Assembly (NCBI GenBank): GCA_045403145.1
Contig: JAXIPA010000102.1
Location: 1 to 53,962 of the forward strand
Direction: 5' to 3'
DNA from: Nitrospirota bacterium
GTDB taxonomy: Bacteria > Nitrospirota > UBA9217
DNA length: 53,962 nt
The position numbers were made by a program, and so were the translations under genes. Position 1 is the first letter of the stretch. Each line of letters starts with the position of its first letter. The notes beneath the pieces were generated by a model, which had not been told where the DNA came from, searched no databases, and saw nothing but the letters and a program-made list of their open reading frames with translations. This document shows, one piece after another, positions 28,406 through 37,968 of the stretch.

Positions 28406-28430
28406 TGGTATTGATAATCATTTTCATTAT
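28406..28430. promoter_or_regulatory. Fur box
   Basis: TGGTATTGATAATCATTTTCATTAT. Confidence 0.8.
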
Positions 28431-28480
28431 GATGCCCAAAAAAGACGCGCCCGCCTCCGGCACGTCATTCCCCACCGTCC

Positions 28481-29188
28481 CTACACCTTTTTTACGAATA
28501 TTTCCTTCGTGATGTCCTTGTCCACTGCGATCATGGTTTCGCCGAGCTGAAGCACGTACGACGGCCTTTTCTGGTGGAGCTTGACGATGCTGCCCGGGAC
28601 CACGCCCATGGCAGACAGCCGGTCGAGACGGGAGTGAGAGCCGGGAGTGATAAAAACGATCTTGGCCTGTTCACCGGGAGCCAGGTCGGCGAGTGGCGCG
28701 ACCAGCGGCTTCATCTCTTGACGAAACATGGAGCAGCATTCGCCCCGCGGGATCGGTTTGCCGTCCGGCGAGTTCGGCGGATGGCCGAGCAGGGTACAGA
28801 CGCTGTCCGTCACTTCGGGGGACAGGATATGCTCGAACTTGCATGCCTCGGCTTCGGCGCCGTCGAGCGCGAAAAGGTCAAAGAACATGCGAAGTGAGAG
28901 CCTGTGTCTCCGCACCAGCTCCCGCGCCCGCTTTTCCCCTTTGGAGAGAAGTTCAACAGTCTGCCCCTTGATGTCGAGCCATCCATTCTTGGCCAGGTCC
29001 GTAAGGATATTCCCGCAATCCGGGATGCTGCAGCTCTGAACGATCTGGTCAAGGGTCAATTTCCCCTCCTCCCGCAACGTCCAGATTATCTCGAACAGCT
29101 CATCTTCTTTTTCGATCTCCGGCAGAACGCACAGCGCGGGATGACCGGCTTTTCCTTCAATGGTATCTAATCTTTTATGCTCTGCCAT
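28481..29188 (-). CDS. DtxR/IdeR-family metal-dependent regulator with C-terminal FeoA domain
   Basis: VRRHRL, ACKFEH and LGHPPNSPDGKPIP motifs, then a FeoA-like RLSAMGVVPG. Confidence 0.9.
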   Translation of the reverse strand: MAEHKRLDTIEGKAGHPALCVLPEIEKEDELFEIIWTLREEGKLTLDQIVQSCSIPDCGNILTDLAKNGWLDIKGQTVELLSKGEKRARELVRRHRLSLRMFFDLFALDGAEAEACKFEHILSPEVTDSVCTLLGHPPNSPDGKPIPRGECCSMFRQEMKPLVAPLADLAPGEQAKIVFITPGSHSRLDRLSAMGVVPGSIVKLHQKRPSYVLQLGETMIAVDKDITKEIFVKKV

Positions 29189-29261
29189 AGTTTCTCACTT
29201 TTGGATTGGCGATTGTTGATTTATGATTGACTTTCAATCGCCAATCAACAATCAATAATCT

Positions 29262-31247
29262 CTACAATGCGACCTTCAATGTCCTCAGCACCCAATTCAG
29301 CGCCCCTCCGACTGCGAATGCGAAGGGGAAAATGAATGCAACCATATAAAGAGCGGCCTTCATTCCCCGCTCCTTCACCATCATGAAGAAGTTGGCGATG
29401 CACGGCACAAAGAGGGTAATCACTACCAGGCTCACGACGACCTGGATCGGGTCAAGCAACCCCTGTTTCTGCATCATGAACAGCCCGGCCGCGCCGTAAT
29501 CCCTGCGCAGAAACCCGATGACGAACGCCTCGGCTGCCTTGCTCGGGAGACCCAGGATGCCGACAACCAGAGGGTCCGTCAGTTTCTGGATATACTCAAG
29601 CGCGCCCAACTTGTTACCCACGAACAGGATGAAGGTCCCGAGAATGAAGAGCGGAACCGCTTCCTTGAGATACCACTGCACCCGGGCGAGGGTTTTAATA
29701 ACGATATTCGTGAGCTGCGGCACCCGTATCGGCGGCAGTTCAAGCACAAAATCAGACGGATCGCCGGGGATCGCCTTCGCGGCAAGATAGCCTACAAGCA
29801 GCATCACCAGCACCACCGTCCCGATCCATATCGCCGTCGCAAAACCGGAGATACCCGATACCATGCCAAGTACGACTCCGAGCTGCGCGGAACAGGGCAC
29901 CCCCAGTGCCAGGAGCAGAGTCACCAGAATCCGCTCTTTCTTGGTTTCCAAAATGCGCGTGGTAAGCGTCGCCATGGTGTCGCACCCGAGTCCCAGCACC
30001 ATGGGCAGCACGGCCTTGCCGTTGAGACCCATGATCTTGAATATTTTATTCACCATGACCGCCAGTCTCGGCAAGTATCCCGAGTCTTCGAGAATGCCGA
30101 AAGCAATGAAGAAAAATCCGACGATCGGCAGCACGATGGCAATGGCATAGGTGAGCGCCATGGTGATCAGGCCGTAGTCGCCGATGAGGAGTTCCTGGAT
30201 AAACGGCACCGGGAAAAGAAAGGTTATGATTTTCGTCGCCCACGGGTTCAGGTAGTCGCCGAACACCGTCTCTTCCAGGAACCCGACGGCGTCCCCCGCT
30301 CCAAGCACACCCACAAACTGATAGACGAGGTAAAGCACCACAAGGAGCACCGGCAGGCCGTACACGGGGTGCATGGACAACCGACCGATATGGAATGCAA
30401 GCGTGGACCCTTTTCCCGTCTCGTGCCGGGTCATGACCTGTGCCAGGATCTCGTCCGCCTTTTTCATCCGCTGCTGGTTGATGAGATAACCGAGCGAGTT
30501 GTGGTATTTTGCCTGAATGCTCTGACGGATGTTGTCGATTTCCGCGATGACGTGGTCCGCAATGTGGGCATGAAGCCAGGCCTTGAGGCTCTCGTCGCCG
30601 GCAAGGAGCATGAGCGACAGGGCGCGCTGCGAAATATTCGCTTCCGGCAGCAGGACGGAAATATCGCGCACACCGGCCTCGATGCCGTCGTCGTACCGGA
30701 CGCGCAGAGGAGATTTGTTCGGGTTCGTCAGGCTTTTCAGGAGCTTGTCGATCCCGCTCCTCCGGGTTGCGACGGTTTTGACCACTTCGATTTCGAGGAT
30801 TTCCGAGAGCTTTTCCTGGTTGACGGCTATGCCGCGGCTTCTGGCCTCGTCATCCATATTAAGATCAAGAATGAACGGGACTTCCATCTCGGCGAGCTGC
30901 AGGGTGATCAGGAGGCCTCTGCGCAGGTTCTTCGTGTCCGCAACCTGGACGACAACGCCCGCCCGGTCCGAAAGCAGCATGTCCCGCGTCACTCGCTCGT
31001 CCTCCGACATGGGCACCAGGCTGTTGACCCCAGGAGTATCGATGACCAGGGAGCGGGTCTTGTTCAGGACGGCGTTGCCGTAAGTCACCTCGACGGTGGT
31101 TCCGGGATAATTCGAAACCGTAACGTATTTCCCGGTCAGCAAGCCGAAGAGCGCGCTTTTCCCGACATTCGGGTTGCCGATTAAAAGGACCTTGTTCAGA
31201 GTGGAGTCGCGGTAGCGTTCCCCGTCGTTGGAACTGTGGTCGTGCAA
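29262..31247 (-). CDS. feoB: Ferrous iron transporter FeoB (second copy)
   Basis: TTG start after GGAGGT; GNPNVGKS, SNYPGTTVE, DTPG, LEDSGYLPRLA and ELPPIR motifs. Confidence 0.95.
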   Translation of the reverse strand: MHDHSSNDGERYRDSTLNKVLLIGNPNVGKSALFGLLTGKYVTVSNYPGTTVEVTYGNAVLNKTRSLVIDTPGVNSLVPMSEDERVTRDMLLSDRAGVVVQVADTKNLRRGLLITLQLAEMEVPFILDLNMDDEARSRGIAVNQEKLSEILEIEVVKTVATRRSGIDKLLKSLTNPNKSPLRVRYDDGIEAGVRDISVLLPEANISQRALSLMLLAGDESLKAWLHAHIADHVIAEIDNIRQSIQAKYHNSLGYLINQQRMKKADEILAQVMTRHETGKGSTLAFHIGRLSMHPVYGLPVLLVVLYLVYQFVGVLGAGDAVGFLEETVFGDYLNPWATKIITFLFPVPFIQELLIGDYGLITMALTYAIAIVLPIVGFFFIAFGILEDSGYLPRLAVMVNKIFKIMGLNGKAVLPMVLGLGCDTMATLTTRILETKKERILVTLLLALGVPCSAQLGVVLGMVSGISGFATAIWIGTVVLVMLLVGYLAAKAIPGDPSDFVLELPPIRVPQLTNIVIKTLARVQWYLKEAVPLFILGTFILFVGNKLGALEYIQKLTDPLVVGILGLPSKAAEAFVIGFLRRDYGAAGLFMMQKQGLLDPIQVVVSLVVITLFVPCIANFFMMVKERGMKAALYMVAFIFPFAFAVGGALNWVLRTLKVAL

Positions 31248-31369
31248 TTGATAGACCTCCGAACTGATAATTACAAACAACAAACCCAAATCACAAATAA
31301 AATCCAATTGTTAGTGCCATATTCCAAACTGTTTGATGGCTTGATTTGGAATTTATCTTTTATTGAGAC

Positions 31370-31813
31370 TTACAATTTTTTGCGGTTCTGACAGTGAGAA
31401 CACAGACCGTAAAGCTCCAGCTTGTGGCTTTGAACCTGAAAATCGTTTTTCCTGGCCACGTCCTGCTGGAGGGCCTCGATACGCTCGTTCTCGAATTCAA
31501 GGATCGCTCCGCATTTCGTGCAGATCAGGTGGTCGTGGTGATTGTTCGAGGACTTATACTCATACCGGGTAAACCCGTCCTCGAACCGTCGTTCCTCGGC
31601 CAGCCCCGCCTCGGCCAGCAGCTTCAGTGTCCGGTACACGGTGGCATAACCGATGCCGGTATGGTTTTTCTTCACGAGGAGGTACAATTCCTCCGCGCTC
31701 AGGTGCCGACCGGCATCCACAAAGATCTGCAGAATCTGGTCACGTTGGCTCGTGGACCTGAGCCCCTGGCCGGACAGATATTCCGTAAGTTGTTGAACGG
31801 CGTTTCGGGTCAT
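31370..31813 (-). CDS. fur: Ferric uptake regulator
   Basis: GLRSTSQR, ATVYRTL, HHDHLICTKCG, and a C-terminal CSHC. Confidence 0.93.
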   Translation of the reverse strand: MTRNAVQQLTEYLSGQGLRSTSQRDQILQIFVDAGRHLSAEELYLLVKKNHTGIGYATVYRTLKLLAEAGLAEERRFEDGFTRYEYKSSNNHHDHLICTKCGAILEFENERIEALQQDVARKNDFQVQSHKLELYGLCSHCQNRKKL

Positions 31814-31816
31814 AAT

Positions 31817-31841
31817 TGATATTGAAAACCATTTTCAATAT
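31817..31841. promoter_or_regulatory. Fur box at the fur start (autoregulation)
   Basis: TGATATTGAAAACCATTTTCAATAT directly upstream of the ATG. Confidence 0.75.
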
Positions 31842-31922
31842 GACAATCTTATACCATAAGCTCCGCGCTTCTGTCAAGACTTTTTTTACCGGCACTTCAT
31901 TCGTAGCGAAAATGCGGTTCAG

Positions 31923-31955
31923 AAAAAAAAGGCCGTCCCACATTGGGACGGCCTT
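31923..31955 (-). terminator. Rho-independent terminator
   Basis: AAGGCCGTCCCA-CAT-TGGGACGGCCTT with an A tract on the + strand. Confidence 0.85.
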
Positions 31956-31980
31956 GATGTTATCACTCTGCCTATTCTCA

Positions 31981-32742
31981 TCAAAACTGAACTTGTTTGT
32001 CCCTCTCCTGGTTCCACCTGACCCAGTCATCCAGATCGGCCTTTGGATCGAAATCCTGCGGCTTCGAGGGCTTACCCTCCGGTGAGATGGTGATTTGCTG
32101 CATGGACTTCACGATGGCGGTCCATTCCTCCATCGATACTTCATGGACGGGCGGCGGGACTTCATGCGGGCCGGACACCTCGTGGGGTTGGATCGCCTTG
32201 TCGACCGGCTTCGAGGCATCGCGCGGAGGATTGGCAACGTAAACCTCTCCGTCGTACACCTTGACGAGGGCGCTCTTGTCGGCTTCCACGTTTACCCGGT
32301 ACACCGTCCCGCGCACGCCTGCAACGGCATTTGACGTCTTGACCTCCACCGAGGAATCGGAGGTGGTAAGCTTCTTCACATTCGCCCAGAGCTTGCCCGC
32401 GGACAGGTCGACCTTCACGTTTTTACTGTCCGTTCGTTTATTGAATGCAAGCTCGTTCATTTTGACATGAGATTTTTCCGCGAGTCTCATGACGGTCCCG
32501 TCGGGGAAACGTATTTCAAGCCGGGACTTTTCGGCGACCTTCACTTCATGCTCTTTTTTAAGATGATCGCCCTTTTTCAAAACGCGGCCGGATTTGGAAC
32601 CCGCGGAGTATACCCGGGCAGCCCCCTGCGCCATCGTCACCACAGCATCGTTTCCGCCTGATTCCCCGGCAATTACCAGGGACGCCCCGAACACCAGCGT
32701 CATGATTGTGACAAGAGCAAAATCGGCGTAACGTTTCAGCAT
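31981..32742 (-). CDS. FecR-domain protein
   Basis: RLEIRFPDGTVMRL, VKTSNAVAGVRGT and VKVYDGEV motifs. Confidence 0.85.
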   Translation of the reverse strand: MLKRYADFALVTIMTLVFGASLVIAGESGGNDAVVTMAQGAARVYSAGSKSGRVLKKGDHLKKEHEVKVAEKSRLEIRFPDGTVMRLAEKSHVKMNELAFNKRTDSKNVKVDLSAGKLWANVKKLTTSDSSVEVKTSNAVAGVRGTVYRVNVEADKSALVKVYDGEVYVANPPRDASKPVDKAIQPHEVSGPHEVPPPVHEVSMEEWTAIVKSMQQITISPEGKPSKPQDFDPKADLDDWVRWNQERDKQVQF

Positions 32743-32773
32743 GGGATCATCCTTTCGTCCACTGTTTCGCGGT

Positions 32774-33757
32774 TTACTTGCCGACGAACTTTACCATATC
32801 TCCCTGTTTGAAGCCCATGCCGGACGTGGTTAGCGCTACAGACATATCCGCCTTATCGCCGAGGTCATTTTGCTGAACAATAGCCTGGCCGACTTTATCT
32901 TCTGTTGCTCCTATTTTTTGGTGCGTATCGGGGTCAATAATATCTTCTCCTACATGGTACACATCAAGTTTGTCGCCAACCTTCAAGCCCGTTTTTCTGC
33001 CGGCGTTGATATAGATTTTATTGCCGGCGACCTTGGCGATCTTGCCTTTCCAAGGCTGACTTTCAAGTTGTTTCATCATGTTAACCATGGCTTTCGCGAG
33101 AGCATCCCTGAGCGCTCCATCGCGGAGATCGGTATCATAAGCCGCCTTGGTCCCCATTCCGAGGACTGACCCGGCCTTCTTCTCGTAGATTCCGGCTCCT
33201 GAATCCGCCAATAACTGAACACCAGTCGTCGTATCGACAATCCGATAATCGACCGTGACCCTGGCAATTTGCTTCTTGCCCTTGCTGACAATATAATCGT
33301 AACCCTCTTCCGTCTCGGAATAAGCGGTGATCGCACCGGTCACGATAGCGTTGAGGCCCAATATCTGACCCATCTTCGCAGCGGTCTCGGGTTTGATGGC
33401 GCCCGTCGCGTCCTTTCTCTGCTGCGCGAGGATGGAGTCCATATCCTGCTGCGGAATGATGATGAAACGTTCCGTCTTCTGCAGGATAGTCCCGAGGATG
33501 TCCGCGGCGGCCTCGCCGATGCCGAGTACGCGGGAAGGAGTCTTGTTCTGGAAATTGACCACGCCAACCCTGAGCTTCGGACCTTTATACTCCGAGACAT
33601 CACTGCTCGTCTTCAGCTGCTTCGAGGTATCGGTTAGCGTGGTGTCGTCCTTTACCGCCCCGGACATCGTCGGAGAACAGCCCGCCGCGATGAATACAAC
33701 AAGTACGACAAGTACGACCAACATTCTCCTCTGCAATAACCATGGACCTTTTCCCAT
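32774..33757 (-). CDS. CsgG/HfaB-family lipoprotein with FlgT-C-like domain
   Basis: Lipobox AAGC; KLRVGVVNF, AAKMGQILG..IVTGAIT and IYINAG..TGLKVGD motifs. Confidence 0.8.
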   Translation of the reverse strand: MGKGPWLLQRRMLVVLVVLVVFIAAGCSPTMSGAVKDDTTLTDTSKQLKTSSDVSEYKGPKLRVGVVNFQNKTPSRVLGIGEAAADILGTILQKTERFIIIPQQDMDSILAQQRKDATGAIKPETAAKMGQILGLNAIVTGAITAYSETEEGYDYIVSKGKKQIARVTVDYRIVDTTTGVQLLADSGAGIYEKKAGSVLGMGTKAAYDTDLRDGALRDALAKAMVNMMKQLESQPWKGKIAKVAGNKIYINAGRKTGLKVGDKLDVYHVGEDIIDPDTHQKIGATEDKVGQAIVQQNDLGDKADMSVALTTSGMGFKQGDMVKFVGK

Positions 33758-33798
33758 TGTGCATCCTCCTTAAATGAGTTTATGGATTCTTTCGTTCG

Positions 33799-35175
33799 TT
33801 ACTTGTTCTTCGGGTCCGAGGCCATCACGTCCATGGGTCCCGTGGCCTCGGTATATCCAGCCGGTATCTCGAACAGCGTCGCCGGCGGGGTTTTCAGGAC
33901 GATGTGCCTGAGTTCCGTCGTGACTTTATAATCCTTATTCTCCACCTCGCTCCTGATGGTCATGCCGTCGAGGTCCCTGGCGTTCCAGATAAAGCCTTCC
34001 TCGACCCGTCCGTCCTTATAGGTTATTCTCACCTTAAACTTGTCCGTCGGGTGTTTGTTGACGACCTCGCTGCCAACTTTGGTCTTCTCAACAGTGGGTT
34101 TTTCATCGGCCGTTTCCGTTTCCGTGTGGACCAGATACCGCTGATTGATGGGATAGAGCGTGTAACCGATTTTCTTGTCGCCCCGCTCGATCATGACCAT
34201 TTTGCTGAACGGCGACTGAGTATCGCCTTTCATCATCTTGGACATGTCCATGTCCATCCGCATCTTGCTGCCCGCGATCGCCATCGGGATCTCCATGGTG
34301 AAAGGCTCGTTCCTGCCCTTATCGAGGGACGTAGAGAAAACGACGGCGGAAAAATCCCGTTTCCCTTCCCAATCCATGTAGCCGAACGACGGAGGTTCAG
34401 GCGTCTTGATTTCAGGCATGGCTGCCGGAGGAGCCGGGACCGGAGCCGATGGGGCCTTTGCCGTACCCGGCCCCCAAGGCAGATTGTCCGAGACCCTCTT
34501 CGCAAGTTCCGAGGATTCATGGTCCAGATGCTTGCCTATTGCCTTGCTGATCAGCTTTGTCCCGAGGCCAACAACAAAGGACTTTCCAATGTCGTCACTG
34601 CCGGTCGTGGTGCTCTGGATCGTCACCCACGGCGCTTCCTTATCGCGCGCATCCGAGGCCCGCGCGGCAATGGCCGCTGCCGCTCCGGCTCTGCTTTGCA
34701 TCATCATCTCGCTCCGCACGCCGAGTCCCCGCGTCCATAGGGCCTGGCCGGTCATGGCATTCACCAGTTTGAACCTGCCCCGGACCTTTTTCACGTTGAT
34801 CGCGCCCAGCGTCGACTCCTCGAAATCCATGAGTGTTCCGTACAGAACACCCTCGACCCCGAGGGTCTCGCCGAGTTTCTGCGCCGTGGTCATATCAAGC
34901 TGGCCGCCCATGGTAATCCCCATCCGGTCTCTCAGGATTTGATCGGTTTCCTTAAGGTCTTGCACGACATAGGAGTGCCGCTCCAGGGCCTGAACCATCT
35001 TTTGCCGCATCACGTCCGGACCGTCCACATCCGCTGTATCGTTCTTCAAGGGCAGCACTGCCACTCTCTTGAGCGGGTTGCTCACATCATAAGGGAGCGG
35101 CGGATGCGGTACTGAACAACCCGCAAAAAAAATCAGTATGCCGAGCGTGAGGAAAGGTTTATGATGCTTCATCAT
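33799..35175 (-). CDS. DUF799/GNA1162-like lipoprotein fused to a DUF4412-like domain
   Basis: Lipobox FAGC; VAVLPLKN...KLGETLGVEGVLYG; Pro-rich linker; C-terminal VGSEVVNKHPTDKF...LFEIPAGY. Confidence 0.7.
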   Translation of the reverse strand: MMKHHKPFLTLGILIFFAGCSVPHPPLPYDVSNPLKRVAVLPLKNDTADVDGPDVMRQKMVQALERHSYVVQDLKETDQILRDRMGITMGGQLDMTTAQKLGETLGVEGVLYGTLMDFEESTLGAINVKKVRGRFKLVNAMTGQALWTRGLGVRSEMMMQSRAGAAAAIAARASDARDKEAPWVTIQSTTTGSDDIGKSFVVGLGTKLISKAIGKHLDHESSELAKRVSDNLPWGPGTAKAPSAPVPAPPAAMPEIKTPEPPSFGYMDWEGKRDFSAVVFSTSLDKGRNEPFTMEIPMAIAGSKMRMDMDMSKMMKGDTQSPFSKMVMIERGDKKIGYTLYPINQRYLVHTETETADEKPTVEKTKVGSEVVNKHPTDKFKVRITYKDGRVEEGFIWNARDLDGMTIRSEVENKDYKVTTELRHIVLKTPPATLFEIPAGYTEATGPMDVMASDPKNK

Positions 35176-35353
35176 GTAAGTTACTCCTTCACCAATCTTC
35201 TTTATAATAATTATCAGGGTCAGATCCGTACACGGGAAGGCGATCCTCTCCCAAAGAACACAACTTACAGAATTTTCCACGGACTGTCAAGGCTTCAAGG
35301 GAGATACAGGCAAAGAACCGCGATCCAAGCGCCCCGAACCCGACTCGGCATAA

Positions 35354-36439
35354 TCAATATACGATGATGACTCTGCAGTATTGAAGGAAATCACCTTCCC
35401 CTCCCAGCCGGCGCAGCATCTCCGCATCGGATTGTCCCACGACAACATCGGTCTTTGCGGCGCCAGAGGCGCGCAGTCCCTTGATGATTGCGGGGTTGTC
35501 GGTGACCCGGAAGTTGTTGGATGCTGCATTGACGTCTTTTGCATACCCGGCGACACCCTGTTCAACCGCGTTGGTTCGGGTGGCGATCCGGCCGACGTAG
35601 ATTTCCCGGCCCTGCGTATCAACAATCCGCGGAAGGAGCGCGGGCCGCAGGCCGAGTCCCCTGCCGTCGATCACGAGACCGGTTGCCGCGCCGCCCTTGA
35701 ACACCGTCGTCGATTCCCCTACCGGGGGAACAACCGGTTTCGGCGGCTCCGGCTGTTTTAGCGGCTCCGGTTTCTTCTCCGGCGCTGTTGCTGCCGGCGG
35801 GGGCGGAGCCGGCTCTACAGGCTCGATCTTACGATCAGGAGAGGCCGGTGCGGGAACGGCCGGTGACGGCTTCCGTGGTTCCGGCTGTGTCGGGACGGCC
35901 GGTTTCTCAGGCGCCGGTGAAGGGACAGCAGGTCTCGTCGGCGGCGTGGATGGTTTCGGTTTCAGAACCGGCTGGCCTGAGGGCCCGCCGAAATTGTCCG
36001 GCACCAGGGCATCCATCAGCGGACCTCGGAGCGGCATGACCACCTGCACTTCAACGGACCCGTCGGACATGTACTGCGTCCGTATAATCCTTGCGCCCTT
36101 GACGATCCCGTCGACCCGGGTTCTGATCACATCGCTTTTGACCATGAAGTTTTCGATGATGGATTCGGAATCAACACGGACCCCCTTTACGACTTCGAGG
36201 AGGTTTCTCAAGGCCACGACGAAAGCCGCCCGCTGGGCCATGGCGCGCGCCTGCGCGGCGTTTGCTGCGCGAGCAGGGGGCGCGCCGATGCCGGTCGCAT
36301 GGATTTCACCCGCGGTCCAGTCGATCTTTCCCGAGCTCGTCGTTTCAATGGCATCACCCGGATTGCCGCTCTGTGAAAAAACTGCTCCGGATAGTGACAG
36401 GATGCCCATAAGCAAGGCAATCGATAGACGCTTTTTCAT
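35354..36439 (-). CDS. LPP20-like secreted protein with Pro-rich linker
   Basis: IDWTAG...ARAMAQRAA...RNLLEVVKGVRVDS; Pro-rich spacer; TGLVIDGRG. Confidence 0.75.
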   Translation of the reverse strand: MKKRLSIALLMGILSLSGAVFSQSGNPGDAIETTSSGKIDWTAGEIHATGIGAPPARAANAAQARAMAQRAAFVVALRNLLEVVKGVRVDSESIIENFMVKSDVIRTRVDGIVKGARIIRTQYMSDGSVEVQVVMPLRGPLMDALVPDNFGGPSGQPVLKPKPSTPPTRPAVPSPAPEKPAVPTQPEPRKPSPAVPAPASPDRKIEPVEPAPPPPAATAPEKKPEPLKQPEPPKPVVPPVGESTTVFKGGAATGLVIDGRGLGLRPALLPRIVDTQGREIYVGRIATRTNAVEQGVAGYAKDVNAASNNFRVTDNPAIIKGLRASGAAKTDVVVGQSDAEMLRRLGGEGDFLQYCRVIIVY

Positions 36440-36541
36440 GCTTACTTCACCCCTTCTTCGTATACGACGGAGGAAATCCGGACTCGGAACTCACAAGCCG
36501 TTATTTGACCTCTGCCGCATCTTCGGGCAAATAAAACCCTT

Positions 36542-37918
36542 CTATTTTAGCACAAAATCCGTTACAGCAACCTTACCGGCTTCGACCTGAATCCTGCGAA
36601 CAACTTCCTTATCCCCGATCATCACGGAAACCCTGTACTGGCCAGGCGCCAGCCCCTCGATTTTGTACGTTCCATCCCTGTCGATCGAGACACCGTAGCT
36701 CGTATTGCCGTCCTTATAGAACACATCACCGTCCTGGACCGGCCTGCCGTTTCCATCGACGACCTTTCCCCTGATCACCCCGCCGGGATGGAGGGTGAAA
36801 TTGATCCGGTAGATCTGCCCTTCCTCCACAAGCAGCTCCTGCGACGATTTTGCAAACCCCGGTCCCTTAAGCTCGACCCGGTACTTGCCTGACTTCACAA
36901 GAGCCGCTGAGAATCTGCCGTCCGAGAAGGGCATCGGCGTCCCGCGACCGTCTTTCCAAAGGACCACGGAACCCTTCGGCACCGGCTGTCCAGCCTTGTC
37001 GGACACGCGGCCGGTCACCAGCGCGGAATGCTGTTTCTCATCCAGCCGGCGCCCAAGACGCTTCTCCTTCGGAAGAGGCAACTCATCCACCATGACGGTG
37101 CTGTCAATCTCTTCGAAAATGGTATAGAACGTGGCCTTGTCAACATCGAGGTACCCGCCCTTGTACGCTCCGGGCATGTCCATTCCGTCGAGACGGAGGA
37201 TGATGTGGAAAGGATCGACGAAGTTATGGGAATGTTCAGCATCGGAAAAAACCCACCCCGCGTCCGGATAGTAGATCTCCAGATAGGCATGGAACCCGCC
37301 GTCGTTCACTTTGACGCCCCAGTACTCCTTGGAAAAACCCCATTCATAGCCCGGCGGCAAGTAGCCGTGCGCAATACGCGCCGGGATCCCTGCTGCCCGG
37401 AGCAGCGCAACTGCCAGATTGGAATATCCCACACAGTAGGCTTTCCTGTATTTCAGCGCAGACAAGGCGTCGGTGGGCACCGTTATGCTGGTATCAAAGG
37501 TAAGGTTGTCTGCTACCCACGACAAGACGGCGTTTGCCGCCTCATGTGCCTGGCTGCTTCCCCTGGTGATCTCTCCGGCCAGCCGCCTGATTAAGGGGTC
37601 GTTCGTCTGCCGGTCCCGTTCCGGTGCGAGATACTGTTGGACTGAAGAAAGCCGCGAAGACGGGACCGGAAAAGGCGTCCGCGAATGAAGGGGCTTCATT
37701 CGGGAAGTCACCTTTACTCGCTTGCTGAATTCGTCCTGGCTGATGACTTTTTGTTCGAATGATTCGTTGACATAATCCGGGATGAAAGCGACGCCGCGGG
37801 GATTCACGATGTCATACACGACAGTGTGTTCACCCTCGAGGATTTTGAGTTCCGCCCGAGCACCGTTCGGGCATATGATGAGTATGAAAAGAATGACTAT
37901 GAAAGGGAGTCTATGCAT
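36542..37918 (-). CDS. Transglutaminase-like protein with carboxypeptidase-regulatory-like domains
   Basis: Triad motifs YCVGYSNLAVALLRAAGIPAR, HAYLEIY and GWVFSD; two C-terminal beta-sandwich domains. Confidence 0.85.
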   Translation of the reverse strand: MHRLPFIVILFILIICPNGARAELKILEGEHTVVYDIVNPRGVAFIPDYVNESFEQKVISQDEFSKRVKVTSRMKPLHSRTPFPVPSSRLSSVQQYLAPERDRQTNDPLIRRLAGEITRGSSQAHEAANAVLSWVADNLTFDTSITVPTDALSALKYRKAYCVGYSNLAVALLRAAGIPARIAHGYLPPGYEWGFSKEYWGVKVNDGGFHAYLEIYYPDAGWVFSDAEHSHNFVDPFHIILRLDGMDMPGAYKGGYLDVDKATFYTIFEEIDSTVMVDELPLPKEKRLGRRLDEKQHSALVTGRVSDKAGQPVPKGSVVLWKDGRGTPMPFSDGRFSAALVKSGKYRVELKGPGFAKSSQELLVEEGQIYRINFTLHPGGVIRGKVVDGNGRPVQDGDVFYKDGNTSYGVSIDRDGTYKIEGLAPGQYRVSVMIGDKEVVRRIQVEAGKVAVTDFVLK

Positions 37919-37926
37919 GGGCACAC

Positions 37927-37957
37927 AAAAAAGCCCGCTCCGCAATGCGGAGCGGGC
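37927..37957 (-). terminator. Rho-independent terminator
   Basis: GCCCGCTCCGCA-A-TGCGGAGCGGGC with an A tract on the + strand. Confidence 0.8.
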
Positions 37958-37968
37958 GTCATTCGCTG

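Noticed and set aside
23145-31813. Possible magnetosome-associated feo cluster
   Set aside because: No mam, mad or man genes are recognisable in the window.
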